Shown: positions 1-7,920 of the stretch, piece by piece | Layout: every line of letters begins with the position of its first letter | Numbering within the stretch: position 1 is the first letter of the stretch | Virus record (IMG/VR): IMGVR_UViG_3300025872_003406 | Coordinates: 1-64,000 of that record | Direction: 5' to 3' (one strand) | Length of the DNA stretch: 64,000 nucleotides | From: a virus | Made by a program: the position numbers and the translations under genes | The notes under the pieces: model-generated | Told to the model about the DNA's origin: nothing | What the model saw: the letters and a program-made list of their open reading frames with translations, nothing else | The model's database searches: none

Positions 1-229
1 TCTAAATAGAAGAATAGGCCTAGTGCGGCAGATGCATCAGTGCGTAGCGCGAAGTGCATCTGCGACTTGCCACGCCACAGTTCCGTTGGATCCCGGATTA
101 AAGCAAACGCGCTGTGTGAATAAACACGAGGACAAAGATCTTTCAGCACATATCTTGCTGATCGATAAATAAATCTCGTTGCGGTTAAAGATATCCGCCA
201 GCGTGGCGCCTCTTTCTTGTTCTTTTTAT

Positions 230-304
230 TGCAGTGTAGAGCATTGGTAGCTCGTCTGGCTCATAACCAGGAGGTAGGTGGTTCGATTCCATCCGCTGCA
301 CCCA
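230..304 (+). tRNA. tRNA-Met (CAT), initiator-like
   Basis: Cloverleaf: acceptor TGCAGTG/CGCTGCA, D-arm GAGC..GCTC, anticodon arm TCTGG-CTCATAA-CCAGG, T-arm GGTGG-TTCGATT-CCATC, encoded CCA at 302-304. D/anticodon arms resemble bacterial tRNA-fMet. Confidence 0.93.
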
Positions 305-305
305 A

Positions 306-551
306 TTTTTCTTAGACCACACTTACAACCGGCAATTGCGCCGTTAGTGGTCGTATTCATCGAAGCCAGCAACGTCAGAACAGCAGGACAGCTATGACGC
401 CGAGTGACTAATTACGATGCAATGGCAATGCGAAGCCCGGATGTTAAGACCCGCTGTTATCTAGAACGGTCTCATCCGGTACCGGTGTACCGGAGACAGT
501 AATGTCGTAGCATATCCTAAACAACATCGATGAGCAGTGGTCTAAGGAAAA
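306..551 (+). ncRNA. Candidate structured non-coding RNA of unknown class
   Basis: TTTTTCTTAGACCAC (306-320) pairs with GTGGTCTAAGGAAAA (537-551); nested TTCATCGA/TCGATGAG helix; internal hairpin TCCGGTAC..GTACCGGA; no ORF; starts 1 nt after the tRNA CCA. Confidence 0.5.
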
Positions 552-689
552 GCAGATACTGCACCCGTAGTTAACTATGGGAAGCTTTCTGATGGTCTGA
601 ACCTCGCGCCAACAACGCCTTTGTTGGCGGTGTAAGCAACCGGTTGCTATATACGAGGCTATGAAAGTTCACAAAGACCTTATTTCCAG

Positions 690-697
690 GATAAATA
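690..697 (+). promoter_or_regulatory. T4-type late promoter variant (GATAAATA)
   Basis: One mismatch to TATAAATA, 9 nt upstream of ATG 707. Confidence 0.5.
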
Positions 698-706
698 CGT
701 CTCCCT

Positions 707-2215
707 ATGAGAAACACAAACCTAACCACAAACCTGAAGAACGGATTGCTTCAAGCAGTTCTATTCTTCATCTTTGCAGTCTCGGCAGTTGCCCTTCCAG
801 GAACTGGCCCTACAAATCTCCAGACAAGTACTGGAGTAACGTTCACGCAGTCGGGTTCGACGCTGGCGTTCAACGCTCCGGATCGTGCGATCCTGAATTG
901 GAACAACTTTGGTTCCGGTGCAGACCAGATCGCCGTCGCTGACACCATCAGGTACAATCTTCCTGGTGCTGCAGCCTCGGTCCTAAACATCGTTTCCGGC
1001 GGTGCACAGACCACGATCAACGGAACGATCGAATCAAATGGAAAGGTCTACGTACTGAATCCAAATGGCATCGTGATCGGCGGTACTGCTCGCATCGACA
1101 CCAATGCATTTGTGGCCAGCGCAGTGGACAATCCATTCGCCGCACAGTTCAAGTACATGACCGATGGAGTTATTCCTTCGGAGGTCGGTGGACAGCGTAC
1201 CGCTAGCGGTAATGTCGTTGCACAGAACGGTGCGATCTTCGCTACTCCTAACGTAGTCATCCTCGGCAAGGACATCACCATTGGTGGAGTCTTGACTGCT
1301 GGAAACATGGCTCTGAACGGCGACGGCGCAGTCACAGTTGGTGCTCCTGCCTTTACCACCTGGATTTCTGGTGACCTAAGCATCACGAATCCTACCGGTA
1401 CAACCACGATCGGTGTTCCTACCGCCAATGTTGGAACAAACAATGGTATCTCTGTGATCTCCACATCTGGCGATATCACCAATGCTATTGGTTCTCGTGT
1501 TGTTGGAAAGAACCTGGTTGTTAACACAGTCAGCGGTAATGTCACGCTCGCCGCTGTTGCCACAAATGCAGTCACTGCAAACGGCAAGAACGTCACCGTT
1601 GCTTTTGATACCGGCGCTCTTACGCCAAGCTTCTCAGGATCTGCGGTCAACGGCCTGACGGTCACTGCTCCTGCTTATCTCCTCTTGGCCGATGTCAAGG
1701 GCGATGCTGCCAATAACAGCTTCACGGCTGGTGGCACGCTGACCATCGGTAAGGTTCATCTGGGCGGCAGCGCATCCTTCACTGGATCTCGTGTCGTTGA
1801 CTCGGTCGACAACGTATTCGTTTATGACCGTGCTTCGTTCACGGCTACCGCTGGTGACGTTGCAGTCACCAAGGCTGGTCACAGCTTCGGTCCTTTGTCG
1901 ATTTCGGCCACGGGTAATGCTACCGTCTATGAGAATGCCGCGATCAATCTGAATGGCGTGAACGTCAAGGAACTCGTCCTTAAGACTAAGGAAGGATTCT
2001 TCCAGACTCCTAACACGTTTGCACTGACCGCCACGAAGTTCTCGCTCGATACTCTCGGCGCAGTCACCTTTACCGGCGGTACGGTCTCGAATGGCCTGAC
2101 GATCAATGCCGGATCTGGTAACGTCGACCTGAGCAAGCTCAGCCTCGTCACCAATCTGAATAGCGTTGCTCCAGTTGTTACCACAACCGGTACGGTTGCT
2201 AACCCAGCTCAATAA
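707..2215 (+). CDS. Filamentous haemagglutinin N-terminal (TPS secretion domain) beta-helix protein
   Basis: Signal peptide, then AILNWNNF..., VLNIVSGG..TTINGTIESNGKVYVLNPNGIVIG (NPNG motif); G/T/N/V-rich beta-solenoid composition. Confidence 0.85.
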   Translation: MRNTNLTTNLKNGLLQAVLFFIFAVSAVALPGTGPTNLQTSTGVTFTQSGSTLAFNAPDRAILNWNNFGSGADQIAVADTIRYNLPGAAASVLNIVSGGAQTTINGTIESNGKVYVLNPNGIVIGGTARIDTNAFVASAVDNPFAAQFKYMTDGVIPSEVGGQRTASGNVVAQNGAIFATPNVVILGKDITIGGVLTAGNMALNGDGAVTVGAPAFTTWISGDLSITNPTGTTTIGVPTANVGTNNGISVISTSGDITNAIGSRVVGKNLVVNTVSGNVTLAAVATNAVTANGKNVTVAFDTGALTPSFSGSAVNGLTVTAPAYLLLADVKGDAANNSFTAGGTLTIGKVHLGGSASFTGSRVVDSVDNVFVYDRASFTATAGDVAVTKAGHSFGPLSISATGNATVYENAAINLNGVNVKELVLKTKEGFFQTPNTFALTATKFSLDTLGAVTFTGGTVSNGLTINAGSGNVDLSKLSLVTNLNSVAPVVTTTGTVANPAQ

Positions 2216-2889
2216 TGAATAAGCTCATCGCACTATTGCTCGCCACTGCAGCCATTTCACAGGCTGCTCTGGCTCCTGCCAATAACGGTACCCTGACCGT
2301 TGGTTACCGTGAGAAGGACATCACCTTCGGAAAGGTGACAAGCCGCCAGGGTGCTTATGTGGCCAATGCCGAGTTCACCTGGCAGAGCTTCCGCGCTGCT
2401 GCAGTAATGCAGAACAACGTTTCCCTCAAGGATTCCGGCCTTTATCAGGCTGACCTCGTTGGTGGTTACTCGTTCTTCTCCACCCTGGCAAACGTCGAGG
2501 TTGGAACAAAGTACGTCACAAAGTTCAAGGCAGATCCAAAGGATCGGATGAATCACTGGCGTCCATTTGTTACAGTCGGTAACTCCTGGTTGTCTGTCAC
2601 TGCGACAGCCGATCTTGAGGCTCAGACCACGAACATCGAGGGCAAGGTCTCAAAGACCATCCCTCTGTTCCTGGGAATCAAGAGCACGACGGCTCTATCG
2701 GCAGGTTACACCGATGTCAACGACGCACTTCCTCGTACCCTGAAGGAAGTCAAGTACACCAATGCGTACTACGGTGGGTCCTTCGATATCACCTGGAAGA
2801 TTGCCACTGCTGGAATCTACGTCCTGCGTGATGGCATCAAGAATGAATGGTCTGCTGGCTGGAGAGCCGGAACCACAATTCGCTTCTGA
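2215..2889 (+). CDS. Putative outer-membrane beta-barrel protein
   Basis: Signal peptide, amphipathic beta-strands with aromatic girdle residues, C-terminal ...AGTTIRF (BAM-type terminal Phe); stop/start overlap with the upstream gene. Confidence 0.7.
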   Translation: MNKLIALLLATAAISQAALAPANNGTLTVGYREKDITFGKVTSRQGAYVANAEFTWQSFRAAAVMQNNVSLKDSGLYQADLVGGYSFFSTLANVEVGTKYVTKFKADPKDRMNHWRPFVTVGNSWLSVTATADLEAQTTNIEGKVSKTIPLFLGIKSTTALSAGYTDVNDALPRTLKEVKYTNAYYGGSFDITWKIATAGIYVLRDGIKNEWSAGWRAGTTIRF

Positions 2890-2909
2890 TAAACTAACTA
2901 ATTCCTAGC

Positions 2910-2940
2910 AAAAGGGTGACTTCGGTCACCCTTTTTTATT
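2910..2940 (+). terminator. Rho-independent terminator
   Basis: AAAAGGGTGAC-TTCG-GTCACCCTTTTTT. Confidence 0.9.
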
Positions 2941-2966
2941 TACAGCAACCACACATAGTGTATGAT
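2938..2966 (+). promoter_or_regulatory. Early promoter
   Basis: ATTTAC-N17-TATGAT, 6 nt before ATG 2973. Confidence 0.6.
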
Positions 2967-2972
2967 CAACCA

Positions 2973-3548
2973 ATGACCATGAAGTACGTATTTGTTGACC
3001 TAGATGAGACGTTAATCCACTGCTCATTCCTGGGCAGCAGCGAGAAATCGAAGAAGTTTTCCCGAAAGGGATCTGAGATAATCAACCTGAGCCTGGGAGA
3101 CGAGACTCCGGAGTACTACCAATGCACCCTGAGAAACGGTGCGATCGATCTGTTGTCCAGGTTAAGAGACCTGCCGAATGCAGAGGTCTACATGCTGACC
3201 GCTGCCACGAAAGACTACGCCCTGGCCAACAGCGAGACGTTCAACCTGCGGTTCACCGGCGATCGTGTTTTCTCTCGAGAGGATACCAACCTGCTGGCAT
3301 CTCGAGTCGCCGATCGTTTTAAGCCTGAAGGTGACTTCGATATGTTCTTGCTGGATAATCTGCCCTACAGCGATAATAACATCAAGATCGATTGGCTGAC
3401 TTCGCTGGCACGTGCCATTGGGGATTCTTCCAAGAGATTCTCTCGTTCTCATTACATTCAGGTCCCGGACTACTATGGAATGAAGAATAGCCGGGCGTTC
3501 AAAGACGAATACATCACCGATATCATCGAGCAAATCAAGAATTCCTAA
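2973..3548 (+). CDS. HAD-superfamily phosphatase (NIF/FCP1-like)
   Basis: VFVDLDETLIH (DxDxT motif), MLTAA motif II, LLDN motif IV. Confidence 0.75.
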   Translation: MTMKYVFVDLDETLIHCSFLGSSEKSKKFSRKGSEIINLSLGDETPEYYQCTLRNGAIDLLSRLRDLPNAEVYMLTAATKDYALANSETFNLRFTGDRVFSREDTNLLASRVADRFKPEGDFDMFLLDNLPYSDNNIKIDWLTSLARAIGDSSKRFSRSHYIQVPDYYGMKNSRAFKDEYITDIIEQIKNS

Positions 3549-3552
3549 GACC

Positions 3553-3798
3553 ATGTCCTCCGCAACTGATTATGGATACGACCGCCGGTACGCCGAGCAA
3601 TCAGCCGCGGCCGTTCTACGCCTCAAGAAAGGCGTTGACAGCGTTTCTCTGAACGAAGCCTGGAGAGCAGCTCAGGCATACGATCAGATGTGTTGGAAGA
3701 TCAACAAGTTACATCTCACCAAGGAAGAATACGACGAATGGATGGGTTTCATCACCGCCCTTCGTCCAGTTTTCCCGGCAATGATTGACAATCAATGA
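3553..3798 (+). CDS. Hypothetical protein
   Basis: ORF closely packed behind the previous gene. Confidence 0.6.
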   Translation: MSSATDYGYDRRYAEQSAAAVLRLKKGVDSVSLNEAWRAAQAYDQMCWKINKLHLTKEEYDEWMGFITALRPVFPAMIDNQ

Positions 3799-3845
3799 CT
3801 TAGGTAATTCTAAGCTGTTTACTTTTGGGTGAACATTGCTAGGAT
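3791..3845 (+). promoter_or_regulatory. Early promoter cassette (24-bp box + -35/-10)
   Basis: ATCAATGACTTAGGTAATTCTAAG, GTTTAC-N17-TAGGAT, 6 nt to ATG 3852. Confidence 0.8.
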
Positions 3846-3851
3846 ACTGAC

Positions 3852-4952
3852 ATGATGAAGCTACCCACACTCTACGCTCGCACCGGTACCGGTGCCGTAC
3901 AGCAATGGACCATTGAGATCGATGGTGACCGCTACCGTACTATCCACGGACAGACCGATGGCAAGAAACAGACGACCGAGTGGATGGTTGCTTCTCCCAC
4001 AAACGTGGGTCGTTCGAACGAACGAGATGGCAATCAGCAGGCGGAGTTCGAGGCGAAGGCGGCCTGGAAAAAGAAATCCGAGTCAGGTTACTATCAGGAC
4101 CTGAAGGATATCGACAAGCCTGCATTCATCGAGCCGATGCTGGCCCAGAAGTACGAGGACCGTAAGGACGAGATCACCTTTCCCGTCTGGAGTCAGCCGA
4201 AGCTTGATGGCATCCGCTGCATCTGCACAAAGGATGGCATGTTCAGCCGGCAAGGCAAGCGGTTTGTCTCGGCTCCCCATATCCAGAAGGCGCTTGAGAG
4301 CTTCTTCCAGAAGCACCCAGATGCCATCGTCGATGGCGAGCTGTACTGCGACAAGCTGGCAAACGACTTCAACAAGATCTGCTCGCTCGTCAAAAAACAG
4401 AAACCGACCGCAGATGAACTCCTCGAGTCGTCGAGGACGATCGAGTATCACGTATACGATATCGTGGATGCCACGATGACGTTCTCTGAGCGGTACCGCT
4501 GGCTTGAGGAGAACCTTCCTGTGGATCGAAACAAGGAAATTCGACTGGTCATGACGGTAGAGGTCGTGCATCATAAAGAGCTCGACCACATCTACGGTGG
4601 TTACGTTGAGGACGGCTACGAAGGCCAGATGGTCCGCATCGATGCCCCGTACGAGCAGAAGCGGTCGAAGTACCTGCTCAAGCGCAAGGAGTTTCAGGAT
4701 GCCGAGTACAAGATCATTGAGATCGGCGAGGGCACTGGCAATCGCACCGGTACGGCTGGATTCGCGATCCTCGAGAACAAAGACGGTAGTCTGTTTCGCT
4801 CGAACATCAAGGGCAGCCACGAGTTCCTGGCAGATCTTCTTAAGAATCGAGAGGATGTTATCGGAGAGAAAGCCACGGTTCAGTACTTTAACCTGACGCC
4901 GGATAACGTTCCGCGTTTCCCATTTGTTATCGCAATCCGCAACTACGAATAA
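3852..4952 (+). CDS. lig: ATP-dependent DNA ligase
   Basis: Motif I QPKLDGIRC, IVDGELY, YHVYDI, GYEGQMVR, KRSKYLLKRK, C-terminal VPRFP. Confidence 0.95.
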   Translation: MMKLPTLYARTGTGAVQQWTIEIDGDRYRTIHGQTDGKKQTTEWMVASPTNVGRSNERDGNQQAEFEAKAAWKKKSESGYYQDLKDIDKPAFIEPMLAQKYEDRKDEITFPVWSQPKLDGIRCICTKDGMFSRQGKRFVSAPHIQKALESFFQKHPDAIVDGELYCDKLANDFNKICSLVKKQKPTADELLESSRTIEYHVYDIVDATMTFSERYRWLEENLPVDRNKEIRLVMTVEVVHHKELDHIYGGYVEDGYEGQMVRIDAPYEQKRSKYLLKRKEFQDAEYKIIEIGEGTGNRTGTAGFAILENKDGSLFRSNIKGSHEFLADLLKNREDVIGEKATVQYFNLTPDNVPRFPFVIAIRNYE

Positions 4953-4955
4953 GCC

Positions 4956-5189
4956 ATGCCATCATACACCGATACGCCATCCATCACTAAGCAGCCGGTA
5001 TTTCGTCCAGAGATGACACGAGATGTCACCATGGAGGACATCATTGCCGCGCAATGCGCTTTTTACGATGTTCTCGAGAAGAGGGGTCTGTGCTTTGCCT
5101 CGGTTGAGAATGACGACAAGTTCTTCGAAAGCCATCGTCTCTTCCTCGAGGAAAGTTTCAACTGGCCGGACTACAATTCCTACAACTAA
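4956..5189 (+). CDS. Hypothetical protein
   Basis: ORF in an operon-like arrangement. Confidence 0.6.
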   Translation: MPSYTDTPSITKQPVFRPEMTRDVTMEDIIAAQCAFYDVLEKRGLCFASVENDDKFFESHRLFLEESFNWPDYNSYN

Positions 5190-5190
5190 C

Positions 5191-5466
5191 ATGAGTGCTA
5201 GAAGCATCAAGATCTTATTCATCAGCTGGACCGCTCTGGCTGGATTCATGAGTTTCACTGGTTTCCTCGTCGGAGACACCTGGCAGGTTCTGGCTGGATT
5301 CTGGGGACTTCTCTGGGGTATCACGGTTCTGGATCTGAGGGATGAAATCAAAGAAAACCGAGAGCTCCGCGAGGAACTAAAAGAATCCCGCAAACAGGTG
5401 GCTATCGTAGCGGAAGAACTTCAGAAAGTTCGTCAGATCCTGGATCTCGAACAGAAAGTCCGATGA
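5191..5466 (+). CDS. Small membrane protein (2 TM + coiled coil)
   Basis: Two hydrophobic segments followed by a charged helical tail. Confidence 0.6.
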   Translation: MSARSIKILFISWTALAGFMSFTGFLVGDTWQVLAGFWGLLWGITVLDLRDEIKENRELREELKESRKQVAIVAEELQKVRQILDLEQKVR

Positions 5467-5627
5467 ACGGCAAAGGCTCAAAACCTCGTCCCCTGAGCAT
5501 CTCCTACCAGGAGTTTGCCGATAATTGGGAGAACATTTTTGGTCGGAAGGACGCGTCTGTTCCATCCGGTCAACAACACACAGACACACAGACACAACCC
5601 AAGAAAAGGAAACCAAAACATGGCTAA
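5463..5627 (+). CDS. Small conserved phage protein
   Basis: MNGKGSKPRPLSISYQEFADNWENIFG, a motif familiar from T4-like phages; 54 aa, below the ORF-track cutoff. Confidence 0.6.
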   Translation: MNGKGSKPRPLSISYQEFADNWENIFGRKDASVPSGQQHTDTQTQPKKRKPKHG

Positions 5628-5853
5628 CACAACAGGAAAAAACGCCTACGAGATTCGTCTCGAGGTTCTTCAGATCGCAGTCAACCAGGCCGACAGCGCC
5701 TACTTCCATCAGATCGATTCGGCGCGGGCCGCAGCGGGCGACGGAAAGCCGTATGAACTGCCAGAGGACAATCGTGTCCGTCAGGCCCTCAAGATTGCCA
5801 AGAAGCTCTACGCCTTCGTCGAAGGTGAAGGTGATTCTGAGGCAGCCGAATAA
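5620..5853 (+). CDS. Hypothetical phage protein
   Basis: KNAYEIRLEVLQIA...AKKLYAFVE motif; AGGA upstream. Confidence 0.7.
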   Translation: MANTTGKNAYEIRLEVLQIAVNQADSAYFHQIDSARAAAGDGKPYELPEDNRVRQALKIAKKLYAFVEGEGDSEAAE

Positions 5854-5896
5854 TTCATAAACTGTTGATGGTCAACATCTTTCATCAGTGTTGACC

Positions 5897-5951
5897 ATCA
5901 ACAACTTACACAATTTTTAGTGCTGTACTTTTTCTCGTACCGGTGTAGGAT
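5897..5951 (+). promoter_or_regulatory. Early promoter cassette
   Basis: ATCAACAACTTACACAATTTTTAG, CTGTAC-N17-TAGGAT, 6 nt to ATG 5958. Confidence 0.8.
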
Positions 5952-5957
5952 ATTGAC

Positions 5958-6293
5958 ATGATGAAGATCCTACTCCAAACTCAGATCCACGAGAACTACG
6001 GCGCCCATGATTGGGACGGTACCGGCAAGTGCCCCCAGTACTGGAAGGCCAAGGGCGGCAATGACATCGAGATCGACCGCGAGCTGACCTGGAACGAGGC
6101 GGCTGACACCGAGCTCGTCAAGTCGCTGGTCAAGGCGGCTACCGCCAAGGTCAACCGTAAGGACGATTACTACGAGGAGCACGTGATCGGCTGGGACCTC
6201 GTCACCACGGACCACAAGACGTGGTTCGAGCAGTCGCAGCTTGAGATGGACGGCGTGATCCGCTGGCCGCGCATCAAGATCTCTGTTGCCTGA
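5958..6293 (+). CDS. Conserved hypothetical phage protein
   Basis: ENYGAHDWDGTGKCPQYWKAKGG motif seen in T4-like phages. Confidence 0.8.
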   Translation: MMKILLQTQIHENYGAHDWDGTGKCPQYWKAKGGNDIEIDRELTWNEAADTELVKSLVKAATAKVNRKDDYYEEHVIGWDLVTTDHKTWFEQSQLEMDGVIRWPRIKISVA

Positions 6294-6297
6294 TCCC

Positions 6298-6591
6298 ATG
6301 TCCTCACCCTTCACATCTGATCTCCCCATGAGTACCGCAATGCACCACTTCAGTTCGAACCAATTTGCCTGGAAAGGCAACAAAGGCACCGCCGAAATGT
6401 CGGAGCTTCTAGGTCCTGGCGTTTATTCCTCCATCGGACGGTTCTCCATCACCTCGACTCGTACCGGCAAGACCCGGTTCTACGAGCTCGATTCCTCTGC
6501 TCCTGGCTACGAGGATGGCTGGGACGGCGAGTATAAGGTCTATACCGACAACCTATTCGACGGTACCCGTATCGTCATCCTCAACGACTAA
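6298..6591 (+). CDS. Hypothetical protein
   Basis: ORF packed in the early operon. Confidence 0.65.
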   Translation: MSSPFTSDLPMSTAMHHFSSNQFAWKGNKGTAEMSELLGPGVYSSIGRFSITSTRTGKTRFYELDSSAPGYEDGWDGEYKVYTDNLFDGTRIVILND

Positions 6592-6592
6592 C

Positions 6593-7192
6593 ATGAATCG
6601 CGATCTGCAACAAAAACTTTTTGACAAGTACCCAAAGATCTTCCAGGAGACCAAGCTCGGCGTATCCCAGTCTTGCATGGCCTGGGGCCTCGAAATTGGA
6701 GAAGGCTGGTATTCCATCATCGATCTTCTGTGCGATGCCGTGACGTATACGTATTCCACCTCCGTAATGATCGATGAGGAGGATGGAAAGCGTCTCGGAA
6801 TCAGTCCTACCACTGACTTCAAGGGGAACGATCCGAGGTACTTTCTTCCCATAGAACCTCCTCAGTTCGTGGCCACTCAGGTCAAAGAAAAGTTTGGCGG
6901 CCTTCGCGTCTACTACCGTCTGGAATTCGATCCTCAGGTACAAGAGCTCTTCAAACAGACCGGTAAATACCCAGACCTCCAGAAAATCGTGGAGAGGTAT
7001 TCAGCATACATGGACGGAATCGTGCACTGTGCTGAGGCGCTTTCTTATCGTACCTGCGAAGTGACCGGTGGCCCTGGAGAGATGCACATCCGCTCAGGCT
7101 GGTATAAGGTTCTGAACCGGGCAGTTGCCAAGACGGAACCATACATCGGTTATGAACCTGCCTCTGAAATCAAGAAAAACAATCTTCCGTAA
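6593..7192 (+). CDS. Conserved hypothetical phage protein
   Basis: GEGWYSII...QVKEKFGGLRVY...TCEVTG motif family. Confidence 0.8.
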   Translation: MNRDLQQKLFDKYPKIFQETKLGVSQSCMAWGLEIGEGWYSIIDLLCDAVTYTYSTSVMIDEEDGKRLGISPTTDFKGNDPRYFLPIEPPQFVATQVKEKFGGLRVYYRLEFDPQVQELFKQTGKYPDLQKIVERYSAYMDGIVHCAEALSYRTCEVTGGPGEMHIRSGWYKVLNRAVAKTEPYIGYEPASEIKKNNLP

Positions 7193-7193
7193 C

Positions 7194-7445
7194 ATGTACC
7201 TCTCATTTGACCTATTCTCTCTCAGCATGTGGAGAGCTCCTAGCCACGACTTTAACCTCCACATCGGTTATGTGACGATGTGGCCGAAGAACATGCCGGA
7301 CGTCAACTCCAGGGGATTCAACGGATCACTGTTGACGATCTCCTACAGTAACAATGTGGACGACTCAAGCCCGTTCTATTTCGACTTCCTCTACATCAGA
7401 GGCATCATCGGCTTCTTCCGTAAACAAGACAATGACATCAAATAA
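7194..7445 (+). CDS. Hypothetical protein
   Basis: ORF packed between neighbours. Confidence 0.55.
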   Translation: MYLSFDLFSLSMWRAPSHDFNLHIGYVTMWPKNMPDVNSRGFNGSLLTISYSNNVDDSSPFYFDFLYIRGIIGFFRKQDNDIK

Positions 7446-7920
7446 GAAAGACCTTCTCGAGCACTACAAAAACGAGGCTGAACGCTGGCGGCATCTGGCA
7501 AGCTCGCGGCTGTCGGCTGACCCCGTATCGGCACGAGTTGCGTTCAAGGAGGATCAACGGCTGTACCGTAAGGTCGGCAAGAAGTTCGTTCCGGTCAATG
7601 ATCCCTACGCATACGATGGTCTGAGCAACGGATTCTGGCTGATCAGGATCTCGAATGGCTGCACATCGATTCGCCAGCAGATCTTCCCAGACAAGGCTCC
7701 GATTCATGCAGCGGCGCGAGATCTGGAGGACAAGCTTGTGGACATCATTCGTGCCGCTAGCGAAGCCCGTCCATCGAAGCAGCCGCTGACTCCGGCAGAG
7801 AAGAAGGACTGGGATGCCTTCATTAAGAAGCACGGTGAAAGCTTCAGCACCCTGCAGTATCCATCCATGCAGGAGAACGCCGAGAAGATCATCAAGGCCT
7901 TGATCGGAGAATCAAGGTGA
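7432..7920 (+). CDS. Hypothetical protein
   Basis: ORF overlapping the previous stop. Confidence 0.7.
   Translation: MTSNKKDLLEHYKNEAERWRHLASSRLSADPVSARVAFKEDQRLYRKVGKKFVPVNDPYAYDGLSNGFWLIRISNGCTSIRQQIFPDKAPIHAAARDLEDKLVDIIRAASEARPSKQPLTPAEKKDWDAFIKKHGESFSTLQYPSMQENAEKIIKALIGESR

Noticed and set aside
578-668. Hammerhead ribozyme (CTGATG...GAAA)
   Set aside because: The core reads CTGATGG rather than CTGATGA, and the helices do not abut the core as required.
661-942. 93-aa ORF overlapping the TPS gene start, and the many antisense/nested ORFs in the track
   Set aside because: They are shadow frames of well-supported genes, with no motifs or expression signals.
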